A DNA stretch of 63,862 nucleotides, the filler included, from Octopus bimaculoides (lineage: Eukaryota), in assembly GCF_001194135.2 (NCBI RefSeq). It is 9 parts of 8 records of this genome, joined end to end, with 100 filler letters (N's around TTAATTAATTAA, not from the genome) between each part and the next. Parts side by side here need not be neighbours in the genome. Positions count along the whole stretch, not along the records: positions 40,594 to 56,627 come from NC_068985.1; positions 56,728 to 58,770 come from NC_068991.1; positions 58,871 to 60,762 come from NC_068996.1; positions 60,863 to 62,669 come from NC_068989.1; positions 62,770 to 63,862 come from NC_068995.1; 4 more parts are not named here. The stretch is one strand, 5' to 3'. Below the pieces are notes generated by a model that worked only from the letters and a program-made list of their open reading frames with translations, was not told the DNA's origin and ran no database searches. Position 1 is the stretch's first letter; every line of letters begins with the position of its first letter. Made by a program: the position numbers and the translations under genes. Of the stretch, positions 49,137 through 63,144 are shown one piece after another.

Positions 49137-49870
49137 CAGGGGCTTGACAAAATTATGGAAACACCCTAAAATTTCAAATAAATTAATTTTAATATGGAGT
49201 AGGACCGCCTTTGACAGTAATTACAGCTTGAATTCCACGAAGTATGAACTCGTATAAAGTTTGAATTGTTTTCAAACGAAATTTTATCCATTTTTCAGTT
49301 AAAACAGTCTCCAGTTCTTGTAGTGATGATGGTGGAGGATAGCGACGAATTGCTTGTTTTTCTAAAATGCACCATAAATATTCAATAATATTGAGATCTG
49401 GGGACAGTGGTGGCTAGATAAGATGTTCAAATTCACTAGAATCTTCCTCGTGCCATTCAGTAACAAGATTGTGTTTCCATCCGGAAACAGCTCTGCAACC
49501 ATATGATGAATTTGATCAGATAAAATGCTTAAATAGTCTTGACTATTAATTCTGCCATGAAGTGAAACCATTGAGCCGGCGAATTTCCAAGATATAGTCA
49601 CCCCATCCCAGATCATTGCAGATCCTCCTCCATGTTTAACAGTTGGAAGGATGGTCAAATGCTTCTTTTGGCTGACTCCACACGTATACTCGGTCGGTGG
49701 TCGGAAATAAGTTAATTGACGACTCGTCCGGACAAATTCTGTAGGTTTTTACTCCACCCCAAACGCTTTACAACGTTTGTTTTTGAAAGTAGTGGTTTTC
49801 TGATTGCAGCCCTCCCGTGAAATCCGGTTTTGTGCAGCTCCCGGTGAACAGTTATTGTGGAAACAGGGTT
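49137..49870 (-). mobile_element. Tc1-like transposon relic with one TIR
   Basis: TA|CAGGGGCTTGACAAAATTATGGAAACACC TIR at 49137; LPTVKHGGGSAMIW and PPLSPDLNIIEYLW...KGGPTPY. Confidence 0.85.
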
Positions 49871-50264
49871 CTCGAGGTGGTCATTAAGCTCTGCAGTAAT
49901 TTGTAAGCTTAAAGCTTAGAAGCGATCCGTGTATATTGGCTAAACAAAATATTCTAACATTCAGGCATATAAGACCTCGACAGAAAAAAAACGGGGTTTC
50001 TCGTCGAGGGCTTACATGCCCCAATATTTGATTGTTTACAGAATTGTCACTCATCCCCGATTGTATGTATATATGTGTGTGTGTGTTACAGAAGTATATA
50101 GTGACGTAAATAATCATTTGAAATTTTTCGTGCTTAAATTCAAAAGATTATTTTTGTTTATTTACTGTCTTTTTATGTACTATATATAGCATTTGGACAA
50201 ATAGATATTGATGTAATAAGTACTTGACGAAAATAAATAAATGTAATGCAATAATTCGCGAATT

Positions 50265-50330
<66 letters not shown>

Positions 50331-53074
50331 GTCTTATGTTAGTAAAAATTTTGCCGATTTATTATTTTTCACACACACACACACTCAGGTATGTGCATAC
50401 TCATACGCGAAGCCTAATAATAGAATAGCACTGTGCTATTATTTACCTACCACGCCTCTTCTTTCTCTAACTCTTTTCCAACATCTCCTTGCAACAATTC
50501 AGAAAAAATTTTATGCTCCATACATGAATACGCATAGGTATGCACAACAACTGTTTCATTTGGATAAACGAGCAAGTGAAAATATTCCCTAACGTGGTAG
50601 TCCTATTTTGGGTATCCATAGAAATAACAAAAGAATTGGACAATGTTTTTCGATTACACTTTTATATATTGCTTATAATCTGCATGGACTTATATGGCAG
50701 TGTGGGTAAGATGATCGCATGGCATTTCAAATTCAGTCTCACTGCGTGACGACTTGAGTCAGTGTCTTCTAATATAGCGTCAGGTAGACCAGTGTGTGTG
50801 TGTATTATGTACGTGTGCATGCATTTATGTAAGTATATGTGTGCGTATGTATTTGAGTTTGGGTTTGTCACCTATTAACGCTTGACAACCGGTGTTGGTT
50901 TGTTTATGTCGACATTAGTAACAGACAAAATAAGTAGCAGACGAAAGAATAAGTACTGAGGGCGGTTTCGACTAAACCATTCAAGGTATTACCCCAGCAT
51001 GGACGCAGTCCACTGACTGAAACGAGTAAGAAGTAAAAGATGAGTTGGGTAAATTCAATTTGGTTTGTTTACCTATTCAAATTTCGAAATCTACTAATAT
51101 TGCTGATAATGATATTATTTTAGTTGTTTTTTAATGACCGGATAAAGTTTTGCTTATCTGGAGTTTCACGCTCAAAGCATTCGATTGTACGTGTATTCAA
51201 ATGAAATCAATATTTTAAGAGCATCTAATATGCACAATACAGTCATATATATTCTCTTTCGGTAAGCACTTTCCGCTCATTAACTTTGCGAAGTATATGA
51301 ACATCGCTACAACATTTTATTTATTTTAAAAATATAAAGCCTATTGGTTCGTCAATATAACCAAGATAATATATTTAATGATAGGAGTAATAAAATGACA
51401 AAGTTCTGAATATTTTATTATCGGTACACTCTATTGACAAAATACTGTGCCTTTGGATTCTCATGTATTATATTTCTGACTATCAAATGGAACCACTACC
51501 GTCCAAAAATCTGTTTTAATTGTAGTAATATTTCATAGAACAGCCGGTCGTTCTTTATACTTTTTATGTCTAAATATAAACTGACAAATTGTTTTCAACT
51601 CTTCCGATCTTCTAATATATAAGAATATATTAAGCTAGCTATTTTTCACAATTGTATACTGCATTTAATCTACACAGAATAAAAGTCAGCTTATTTTATT
51701 TAATCACAGAGACTATAAAATGCAAACATATCCCAGGAGGAATTACAACTCATAAACTGGTGGCTATAAATTCTGTAATATACAATACGCTATCATCTTC
51801 TCAGTGACTCCAGTCAAAATCGCTGGTCTGCTATAAAAGAGAATATTAAATTACGATATCTCTTTATTTTTAGATATATTTCTACTTTGGAAAAATTTAA
51901 TTAGTTCACACATAAGCACGACGACACAGCATTTGATGGGAGACCAATAGTCAAATAAATCGATGCTGAGCAATCTTTGTGATCGTTACATCAACACAGG
52001 CAGGATACAAGGTTAAAGGGCAAGCATTACTTTTATTCTCTAGTTTTGTCAACTTCACAGACATTTTCTAAAAATTCATTTCTTACGCAAACACAGGATC
52101 AGCAAACTATAAAAAGTATCGTAAATTATATCGATTTACAGCCGAGAAAAAGAGAAGAGTGTACCCCCAATGACTTAGTGATTCATCAGATTGAAATGGA
52201 TTAATAACCACCACTGCTTCCATTGTGAAGTATTTTCCAAACGTGTATGTCGTCTGTATATATGTATGTGTGCGTATATATACATATATATATATATANN
52301 NNNNNNNNNNNNNNNNNNNNNNNNNNNNNNNNNNNNNNNNNNNNNNNNNNNNNNNNNNNNNNNNNNNNNNNNNNNNNNNNNNNNNNNNNNNNNNNNNNNN
52401 NNNNNNNNNNNNNNNNNNNNNNNNNNNNNNNNNNNNNNNNNNNNNNNNNNNNNNNNNNNNNNNNNNNNNNNNNNNNNNNNNNNNNNNNNNNNNNNNNNNN
52501 NNNNNNNNNNNNNNNNNNNNNNNNNNNNNNNNNNNNNNNNNNNNNNNNNNNNNNNNNNNNNNNNNNNNNNNNNNNNNNNNNNNNNNNNNNNNNNNNNNNN
52601 NNNNNNNNNNNNNNNNNNNNNNNNNNNNNNNNNNNNNNNNNNNNNNNNNNNNNNNNNNNNNNNNNNNNNNNNNNNNNNNNNNNNNNNNNNNNNNNNNNNN
52701 NNNNNNNNNNNNNNNNNNNNNNNNNNNNNNNNNNNNNNNNNNNNNNNNNNNNNNNNNNNNNNNNNNNNNNNNNNNNNNNNNNNNNNNNNNNNNNNNNNNN
52801 NNNNNNNNNNNNNNNNNNNNNNNNNNNNNNNNNNNNNNNNNNNNNNNNNNNNNNNNNNNNNNNNNNNNNNNNNNNNNNNNNNNNNNNNNNNNNNNNNNNN
52901 NNNNNNNNNNNNNNNNNNNNNNNNNNNNNNNNNNNTATAAACCCGCTGACTTGGAAGCCCACTACGGATCCATAGCTCCAGTCTCAGCTATGAACGTAGA
53001 ACCTTACGGACGTCCAATTATAACAATTACGCAGCGTAGGTATTGGTTTAGATCATCAGTAAACTAAATCCCTC

Positions 53075-53119
<45 letters not shown>

Positions 53120-53875
53120 GGGTTGGAGTGTGTTTCTGTGAGTCCTTATATGTATGCTTGCGTGTATTTTGCAATCAGTTCAGCGGAAGAGATTCGTTAC
53201 ATTTCAATCAGTACAGCTGTAATCTTCCTGCTAAAGCTGCATTGCATAAAAGAAAGGAGCCCATACGTAGAGCTGATTGTAAATGTATTCCCTCTACTCA
53301 CTAACATTCTTGACAACTTCCTAGTTCGACAATGCACGACATTACATATAGATATTTACTGAAACTGAAAGAAGTTCAAGAATCCTATCTTCAGCAATTT
53401 CCTCTCAATATGTGTCACAAGGACAAAACTTATGAAGTGTAAAACTGAAATGCTTTAGTTTCTTTCTTCTTTCTTTTTTCATTTAACGATATTTAACCAT
53501 AGCTGTTACTCTCCTTTCATCGGATATCATGCTGTCTATGCATTACAACAATAACTGTACATAATAACAACAATATTATTATTATTATTATTGTTATTGT
53601 TATTATTATTATTACTGTTATCAAGGTGGTGAACTGGCAGAATTGTTAGTACACCAGGCAAAATGTTTAGCGGTCTTTAGCCCGTCTTTATGTTCTGAGT
53701 TCAAATTCTGCTGAGGTTGACTTTGCCTTCCATCCTTTCAGAGTCGAGAAATTAAGTACCAGCTAAGTACTAGGGTCGATGTGATCGATTTACCTCTTCC
53801 TCACAAGTTTCAGGCCTCTTGCCTTTAGTAGGAAGGATTATTATTATTATTATTATTATGATTATTATTATTATT

Positions 53876-54102
53876 GTTCAGTAGTTTTATTTTTATAACG
53901 TGCTTTCACTTCACTACCGAGCGCAGCTCTGTGCGCCTTGGGTATGTGCTGTGGTGCTCTTATGTTTATTGTATTGAAAGTGTTTTGCGTAGAATGTGTG
54001 CAGTACCCAGTAGTGCAATTTTCTGTATGTTATATATATGTGTAAGTCCTGGTGTTTTTGTTATGTATTTGTCTGAATATTTTTTTATTATCATTATTAT
54101 TA

Positions 54103-54151
<49 letters not shown>

Positions 54152-55659
54152 CATTATTATTATCATTATTATCATTATTTTTATTATTATTATTATTATT
54201 ATTAAGATGGCGAGCTGGTAGAATCGTGAGCACACCGGGCAAAATGCTATTACTAAATCAACTAACCATTCTCCCTACAATTGTTGGAGATTATTACTAT
54301 TACTCTATGAGAGCCACCTATGTACATAACATATAACAACAATTTTATGCTCTGTTATACACTATTTATTACACTTTCTGTCATAAGTACACAATACAAT
54401 ATAGAACTAAATTGCAACCAATGAAATACTCCGGTTTCTTACGAAGATGGCTGCACTAAATAATAACATCTTTGCAAACTCAAGGACTGCAGAATATTAC
54501 AATGTTTAGGCTGGGTATTTCTTTCTCTTGATATATTTATATTAAAATCGTAAACAGTTTTTGTTTAGCTTTTGTTGTTTTCATACAACTTCAGGTTTCT
54601 CCGTTTCTTGTGATGTCGCTTTACTACATAATTTTCTCTACATTTATTTCCATATCCAAATTCCAGTTTGAGGTTTTCTAGGCTACAGTGAAGATCATAT
54701 TAAAAATCAGTCATAGTACGTTGCCTAATGTAGTTCGAAATCTTCGAGTGAGATGCAACGCGATCACGTAGAGCTCGCAGTTTCGGGTAGCTGTTCAGCA
54801 ATGATAGATCTTCACGTAGTGGATTCTCAAGGACACAGAAACACATCATGTCGCACACAGTCAACTAAATAAAATATAAAGAAAAATACATCATTATAAT
54901 ACCAATACAACGCTGATATAACACTTAGGGTGAACATGACAAAGATGATAATGTTTATTATTATTATATTATTATTATTATTATTATTATTACTATTATT
55001 ATCATTACTATCATAGACGTCGCACAGTATGCAATATCGTGATGTTGTTGCTTGAAGATATTGTATCTACCGGGGTCTTGCACTGTTTGTGAAGTCACAA
55101 CAAGGACTACAGACAGACAGTACTTTACACAATATGCGTGCAGTTCCAAGTAATGCCGACTTTTGCAAAGCATCTAGATTGTAGGATATTTCTAAAATTT
55201 CTAGATGCTTTTTCAGATTGGGTGGTATTGGACCCCAAAACTCCGATAACAATAGGGATAACCTTTGTGTTTGACTTTCCGTTGCTGCCACAGTTTAGCG
55301 ATCTCAATTCTCAGGTCTCCATATTGTGTCAACCTTTTCTCTTTCTTTCATGATGATATGCTGACCTCCTGGCACTGCCATGTCAACTACTAATCTCTTG
55401 TTTGTCCCTGAATGTTTGTTACAGTTACTTGCCGAAACACTTCAGCATCCTAGGGCGAGTTAAGGATAAGAGATGTAACAGTATGACTGAAAGTTTTGGG
55501 GGGAGAAGTGGCAGGGGCAGTAGCAAAATATCTTCATGTGTTACAGACATTTAAATAGATAGAGCTTTTCTAAGGATGTGGGCAGTACTTGTCAGCACAT
55601 GTCTCTGAGACATGATTCTCCTGGGATCTTATCTAGGTGTTTCTGACATCCCTCTATTA

Positions 55660-55730
<71 letters not shown>

Positions 55731-56627
55731 GCTTCAGCATTGCTGCGTGGTTACTATCTATGTTTTTCCTTTTATTTCTGATATTTTTTTTGTTGTTTTG
55801 AGGATATATCTCCGTTTGTTAGCTAGTTTCTTAGGGTTCAATGCTGTATCAAAATCTTTATCTAGGTTATGTTTCTTCCAGATTGTACATATGAATATGT
55901 TGTGTTTTCGTTCTGTGGGTAGAGCCTTGCTGTAAAATAAGCGTGTAGGATTGAAATATATTCCTCACGTGTCCATTTACGCTTCTTTGATTTTATTTGC
56001 TCGACATGAGGAATAACACCCGGCTCTTTCTTGTGATAGTCATAATTTTCGTAGGGTTTTGGTACTTTCATTTCTGGTGTTAAAGTGGTTTTGCACGTGT
56101 AGTTTTTCGAACTTCTGGGGCAACAAGTTTAAAGTACGTACTTCCGGTTTGCTATCCTTAGGTTAAATAATACGAGCATTATTTAATTTCTCTTTCATTT
56201 TTTTTGCGCATGGTGGTTGGAGACGGATATGGTCTGATGTTGATTGGATCGTAATGTGGTGAGCGTTTTTACACGTGTTGTGCGAGTGATGGCTGTGATA
56301 CACAGTTAAAATACATCATTTCATTTAGAAAAAAGAAATAAATTATTATTATTATTATTCAGTAGTTTTATTTTTATAACGTGCTTTCACTTTACTACCG
56401 AGCGCAGCTCTGTGCGCCTTGGGTATGTGCTGTGGTTTGCTGTGGTGCTCTTATGTTTACTGTATTGAAAGTGTTTTGCGTAGAATGTGTGCAGTACCCA
56501 GTAGTGCAATTTTCTGTATGTTATATATATTTGTAAGTCCTGGTGTTTTTGTTATGTATTTGTCTGAATATTTTTTTATTATACCTAAGGCACCTACTAT
56601 GATGGGAATTGTTTCTGTTTTTAGATT
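53876..56627 (-). mobile_element. Cluster of Dong/R4-like LINE fragments in (TAA)n tracts
   Basis: 3' ends IQKIALLGTAHILRKTLSIQ* at 53876-54085 and 56358-56627; LQKSALLGTARILCKVLSV* at 55020-55400; STAHILRKALSI at about 55555-55650; N-terminal KRKWTREEYISILHAY at 55770-56071. Confidence 0.8.
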
Positions 56628-57586
56628 NNNNNNNNNNNNNNNNNNNNNNNNNNNNNNNNNNNNNNNNNNNNTTAATTAATTAANNNNNNNNNNNNNNNNN
56701 NNNNNNNNNNNNNNNNNNNNNNNNNNNGTACGTACGTACCTATCTACCTACCTACCTACCTACCTACATACATACATACATACATAAATACATATATGCA
56801 TACATACATGCATACATAATTTACATCTACATATTTATACATGTGCGTGTGTGTGTGTGATTATAAAGTTCCCCATTTAATTCTTTCGTAAGCCACATGT
56901 TTTCTGACTCATAGGCCGCCCGCCCTTACTTCAAAAATAATTAGAGGGATCAACGCCAAGAATGCTGGGGGTGGATCATTTACCTTGCTGACGTAACCAT
57001 CTTCTGTTTAGTTGTCTCCAATATATTCTTGGTTTGCTTCCAGAGATTTTAAAGATTAAGAAACGAATGAAAAAGCGCACTTTTCTTATAGAAAAATAAA
57101 GCAAGAGTGAAGTATTGCATATATTTGAAATGATATCAGTTCGATTGCAGTAGAAGCAGCAGCAGCAGCAGCAGCAGCAGTAGCAGTAGTAGTAGTAGTA
57201 GTAGAGCCAGTCATTTTTAGGGTTGGGGCAAGTCGGTTACATCGACCCTAGGGTATGACTGGTACTTAGTTTATGAATCTCGAAGGAATGGAAGCAGCGT
57301 TTTATTAGCAACAAGGTATCACGCCTACAAATAAGACACTAGCATAAGGAGGCTGCCAATACACATGAGATGGAAAAGAAAAAGCTCTATAAGGATGAAG
57401 GTTGGTGTAAGAACTTCTACAATGAATATATTAAAACTTAGGGTAAATTAGAAACACAATACGTAATATAAATGGCATTAAAAGAAAAAGATAAATCTTA
57501 CAGTATGGAAACAAATTTCGTCACCCACTCACTTACGAATGAGAAAATCTCCATCTGTGTAAGGTCAGTGTAGGCTACAACTCTGA

Positions 57587-57588
57587 TC

Positions 57589-57641
<53 letters not shown>

Positions 57642-57815
57642 CTTCTTCTTCTTCTTCTTCTTCTTCTTCTTCTTCTCCTCCTCCTCCTCCTCCTCCTCCT
57701 CCTTCTTCTTCTTCTTCTTCTTCTTCTTCTTCTCCTCCTCCTCCTCCTCCTCCTCCTCCTTCTTCTTCTTCTTCTTCTTCTTTTTCTTCTTCTTCTTCTC
57801 CTTCCTTTTCTTCTT
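57587..57815. repeat. Compound trinucleotide microsatellite
   Basis: (GTT)n(TTC)n(CTC)n(TTC)n(CTC)n(TTC)n. Confidence 0.9.
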
Positions 57816-59589
57816 CTTGGGCTCTTAGAACCGAAAACATGCTAAGGCGATGTTTCCATAACTGCACCTGATAGTTCCTAGACCGCTGTTGGCATCACTG
57901 CTTTCCTGCTTTAACATTTTTCTATCTCATCAAAGTAGAAAGCCAAAATCTTATTGTCACTACAACATATATAGCAGTTGGACTGTTTATTTGTGCAGCA
58001 ACGGTTTGGTCATCCTCACGCGAATATTGTGGACCATATGGTAAAGACCTGAAAATGCAATCATTCGCAAAAAAGTTTATTTTAAGCTGCTTAAATGGTC
58101 AATAATACTTGACTAGCAAGAATATTTTAATGAAATTTCCATAAGGCAAAGTCGTCCCTTTGAGATTCGAACTCGAAACCTAAAGGGAAAATAACATAAG
58201 TAAAAACTACAAGAAATTTTTTTTTCGTCATGCGATCTCACAACAGCTCAATTTACAAAACCATTCGTAGTAGTATTGAGAAAATATTGTCTATATTAAG
58301 AAGCGAAACTGCTTCTATACAATTGACAGAAATAGTAAAATTTAGTTTCCAGAAGTGGAAGATAAACTGTTGATATCATATTTGTTACACCTGACGTTAA
58401 GGTAACATTGTAAATAGATAATTCGAAAACTCTCTTGAGAAAACATTGATAAGAGATTTGGCAGGTATGGATATGAAAAGAAGAATTCTAATAGCATCTA
58501 CATATTTAAGTGTGGGGCAGTTAAATTGGTGTTGTACTAGAAAGATTGGTTGATGAATTGTTCATACAATCATAACATAACATATTATAGCGGTTTCTTA
58601 TAACAAGATTGTGTAACACTAGCGATAAAAGTCGTTTAGTTTACCACTGTGATAAGTGATGTTAAACCGAGCTTCACTTACACCGCTATCTTTAGACATG
58701 GCATAATAGTTCAATCATATGTCTTCATACAGATACTCACATACATAGACACACACTCACACACAAACACNNNNNNNNNNNNNNNNNNNNNNNNNNNNNN
58801 NNNNNNNNNNNNNNTTAATTAATTAANNNNNNNNNNNNNNNNNNNNNNNNNNNNNNNNNNNNNNNNNNNNGGCACATAAAAGACACCATTTCGAGCGTGG
58901 CCGTTTTCGTGCGGGTGACACGTAAAAGCATCCACTACACTCTCTGAGTGGTTGGTGTTAGGAAGGGCATCCAGCTGTAGAAACTCTGCCAAATTAGATT
59001 GGAGCCTGGTGTTGCCGTCCGGTTTCACCAGTCCTCAGTCAAATCGTCCAACCCATGCCAGCATGGAAAGCGGACGTTAAACGATGATGATGATGATGAT
59101 GATGTCTTTCATAACACCGAAATTGGTCTAATCTGTACTGCTATGTTTGTTTTTTTCATGGAACTAACACAAGAGAAGCTTCATGTCCTTCCAGGTGAAC
59201 TAAGTTGATTGATGAGAGTGTTAGTAGGGAAATAAAAAGACGGTAGGTCCTGTACCTATGTATGGCACAAATGATGGTGGTGGGGTGAGTGGTAAAAAGG
59301 CTACAGGAAAGTGAATGATAAGGAGATGAGAAGTTAACAAAATGAGGAGCAGACAGCAATTGCAAACTTAGCAGTACCTATATCTCTGTCTGCATCATTA
59401 CCACTATTTTTGTGACTTTCAATCCACCATTGCCAGTCAGGTTTTCTATTGTTGGGTCTTCTCCATTACCATGTATCAACATGTCAACAAGTTCTCTTAT
59501 TTTCTCCTTAAGATCAGTTTTTCACCTTTTTAAGGTTTATCCTCTTCTATAACTTCTATTCATTTTGAGTATACAACATTTCTTTTAAC

Positions 59590-60700
59590 AGCTGGAGCAA
59601 TGACTGGTGCTGCAGTATCATCATTAACTGTTTCAAAGGAAAGGGAGATGTACTGATGGGAGATAACTACAAGAGAAGCATGACAGTATTTGGTCAGGTT
59701 CCAAAAGTTAGAGTTATTGATTAGGAACAAGATTACTCTGGATAAGACGCAGTTGTGCTCTGTCCCAAGAAGCAATACCACTGATGCTATTTTCTTTGTG
59801 TGATTATTGCAAGGGATTAGGAATAAACTCCTATACCCACCTTTCATTGAATTTGGAGAAGGCCTGACAGGATCCCTTGTACAATGGTCTGGAAGTTACA
59901 AGGAAGCTAAGAACAGATGATAGGCTTTTCACGGCTGTACAAACTGTGTATAAAAGCGCAGTCAGCATTGTGAAAACTGGCAAAGAGTTCAGTGATGGAT
60001 TAAGTGTACAGGTGGAGGTACATCAGGCTCAGTTCTATTTGTTAATCCCTCCAAGCCATAACAGAAATTTAAGAATGGTTAACTGTGGCAACTTCTATAC
60101 ATTGATGACTTAGCTCTTATAGAAGCATCTGTAGCAGAACTGAAGCTAAAATACCAGGCAAGGAAGCAAAACCTGGAATTGAAAAGCCTTAAAGTAAACT
60201 TGATTAGTATAGAAGTTTTAGTAAGTAGGTAGGAAGGCATGACCATTATAGCATCAGGGACATGGCTATGCTTCATCTGGACAAAAGGAATAACTTGAAA
60301 TTACATGTTCGTTGTAAACAACGGATACATAAGAGATGTATTAGGATCACAGGTAAAATCATAAAGAAAGTAAATTTTAAATGCAGCAGGTGCACTGGGA
60401 CAGTAAGCATTTAGGGTGCTCACAAAAATAGGTTCTCTCAAATGCCCAAATGGAGCCCCAGAAGTAGATAATGGCTTTTGCTATGTATGTGAGTGAAAAA
60501 TAAAGGATCTGTAATGACTAGAAAGAAATGAGGATCTTCTGGCTGCACCAAGCAAGAATGCATGAACAATGAGAAATAAATGAAATGAGTGTTATGGTAA
60601 AGAGGAGTAAGATGAAACATGAAAATGGAAGATTATGATTGTATGTGCACATGATGTGGATGGAGGATGACAGCTGTTTAAGGAAGTGCTTAGTGCTCAA
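59590..60700 (+). mobile_element. Heavily decayed RTE RT region
   Basis: INCFKGKGD, TTDAIF and VQVEVHQ-like remnants across frames. Confidence 0.6.
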
Positions 60701-60714
60701 AGTGAATGATAGCT

Positions 60715-60762
<48 letters not shown>

Positions 60763-60862
60763 NNNNNNNNNNNNNNNNNNNNNNNNNNNNNNNNNNNNNN
60801 NNNNNNTTAATTAATTAANNNNNNNNNNNNNNNNNNNNNNNNNNNNNNNNNNNNNNNNNNNN

Positions 60863-61030
60863 GACTAAAACACAACTGGAACCCTAAGTAAGGCATGTGT
60901 AAAATTTGAATGAAAGTGGTTGCGTAGTTCTCGAGTTTTAGGGATTCACACAGACAGACAGACAGGCAGACCGACAGACAGACCGACAGACAGACCGACA
61001 GACACACATTCTCATTTTTATATATATAGA
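60863..61030 (-). mobile_element. 5' end of a non-autonomous Helitron-like (DINE-1/HINE-type) element
   Basis: A|TCTATATATATAAAATGAGAATG followed by a (TCTG/TCGG)n microsatellite and a conserved-looking block; cut by a scaffold join. Confidence 0.6.
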
Positions 61031-61031
61031 T

Positions 61032-61330
61032 TGTGTTCCTGATAGATTCACCAAGACTTCGCGATAAGTGTTCAATCGGATTTAGATTGGAACTCTGAGC
61101 TGGTCAGTCCATGTGAACAATACCCTGGGTTTCAAACCATTGATGAGTATTCTTTGCTGTATGACATGGAGCGTTGTCCTGTTGAAAGGTAACGCTGTTT
61201 TTCGACAATCCTGGATGCAATTCAGCAATGGATGGCACGAAATCATCCGATAACACAGAAACATAGGTAACTGAATTTATCCTTCCCCAGTATAAAAACT
61301 TTTCTTTGCGTCCATTATCGATTGAATCAT
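61032..61330 (-). mobile_element. Tc1 (DD34E) transposase relic
   Basis: FQQDNAPCHTAKNTHQWFETQGIVHMD*PAQSSNLNPIEH; 34 residues between D and E; TGG>TGA stop. Confidence 0.85.
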
Positions 61331-61699
61331 ACACGCATACCTGTTTTTCGATATACGTTTGTATACTTTTATGTATGATGTGTGTGTGTCTGTGTCAGTG
61401 ATTGAAGGGGTGTGATATGCAGTCGTACATAAATACATATGCATGCATCTTTTTAGTATGTATGTGTGTGAGAGAGAGTGATGTCTAAGTGACACTATTT
61501 CTCTCTCTCTCTTTCTCACACACGCACAATACATACAAGAAAGACGTATGCCTATTTATTTATGTATGTACGCATACATGACAACACATCCCTTCACTAC
61601 CTCACTCTCTCTTACACACGTCCATTTCATTTATTTCATAGTGTATGCACATGTAACTGTGTGCGTGTGTGTGCCTGCCGCGTTCCACATTCGTCAGAA

Positions 61700-62500
61700 A
61701 AAAAAGCAGAGCAATTTCCTTTCTCGATGCTCCTGTTGACACAGGTAAAACATTTGTAACATTGCTTCTCTTCAAAGTAAGGCAACAAAAAGAAAATTGC
61801 AGTTACTGTACCATTGTCTCCCTTTGCTGCAACCATTCTCATTGTAGGACGAACATCTCATTCTGCTTTTAAATTACCTCCACACCTGGTCACAGGTGAC
61901 AGTCTGATTTGTAACATAAGCAAAGATTCAGGTTCAGCAGAAGTGTTGTGCCAGTACCACCTGATCATTTGGGATGAATGTACCATGTCATATAGAAGTG
62001 CAATGCAAGTTCTTGGAAAGGCCTTACCGTACATCAGAGGCAACAATAAATTTATGGGAAGAGTTACAATAGTTTTATCTAGAGACTTCAGACAGACATT
62101 ACCAGTCATTCTGAGACGAACAAAATCGGATAAAATAAAAGCATGCATTAAGTCTTTCACACCTGTGGAATAAAGTAATGAAATTCTCCTTCAAAACTAA
62201 TGCACGAGCTTCATTACATGGGGACTGATGTGCGAAGCTGTTTTCAAACTGGCTCTTCCAATTACGAAATGGGAAAGTACCATTTGATGGGACTAGTTAT
62301 ATCAATGTGTCTAATATTGCTACCATAGTGAATTCCCCAACTGAGCTGAAGTACAGGGTATTTCCAGACTTAAGTTATAATTATAATTCACATAAATGAT
62401 TGTGTGAAAGGGTAATTCTTACTCCACAAAATGGCACAGTAGCAAGAATTAAGCATGAATTAATGAATAAGATTCCAAAAGTAAGGAAAATTTTCATTCC
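61700..62500 (+). mobile_element. Helitron PIF1-helicase relic
   Basis: FLDAPVDTGKTF (Walker A), GRTSHSAFKLP, IIWDECTM (Walker B), RDFRQTLPV, LCERVILTPQN; frameshifts and stops. Confidence 0.85.
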
Positions 62501-62524
62501 TCGGCAACGCCAGGTGCCTCTGCT

Positions 62525-62561
<37 letters not shown>

Positions 62562-62904
62562 TCTTTTACTTGTTTCAATCATTTGACTGCGGCCATGCTG
62601 GAGCACAGCCTTTCGTCGAGAAAATCGACCCCAGGATTTATTCTTTCTAAGCCTAGTACTTATATTATCNNNNNNNNNNNNNNNNNNNNNNNNNNNNNNN
62701 NNNNNNNNNNNNNTTAATTAATTAANNNNNNNNNNNNNNNNNNNNNNNNNNNNNNNNNNNNNNNNNNNNTTGTCATATGTCTGTGCTCTTCCTGGGTTTA
62801 TCCTTGGGGATAAACAACAACAACAACAACAAAAATGACCACAAAATCAACAGCAACAGAGTCAGCAGCACTAGCAGTCACAACTACAGTTCTCCCCTCG
62901 TCAA

Positions 62905-63144
62905 GAAAGTTAACAATGAAAGAACAAGGAAAGTTAACAATGAAAGAACAAGGAAAGTTAACAATGAAAGAACAAGGAAAGTTAACAATGAAAGAACAAG
63001 GAAAGTTAACAATGAAAGAACAAGGAAAGTTAACAATGAAAGAACAAGGAAAGTTAACAATGAAAGAACAAGGAAAGTTAACACTGAAAGAACAAGGAAA
63101 GTTAACAATGAAAGAACAATGAAAGTTAACAATGAAAAGACAAT
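62905..63144. repeat. 24-bp minisatellite, 10 copies
   Basis: gaaagttaacaatgaaagaacaag; first 7 copies identical. Confidence 0.95.

Noticed and set aside
53008-53063. 56-nt minus-strand exon candidate (FTDDLNQYLRCVIVIIGR)
   Set aside because: Weak acceptor, beside a gap, and no supporting exons or family match
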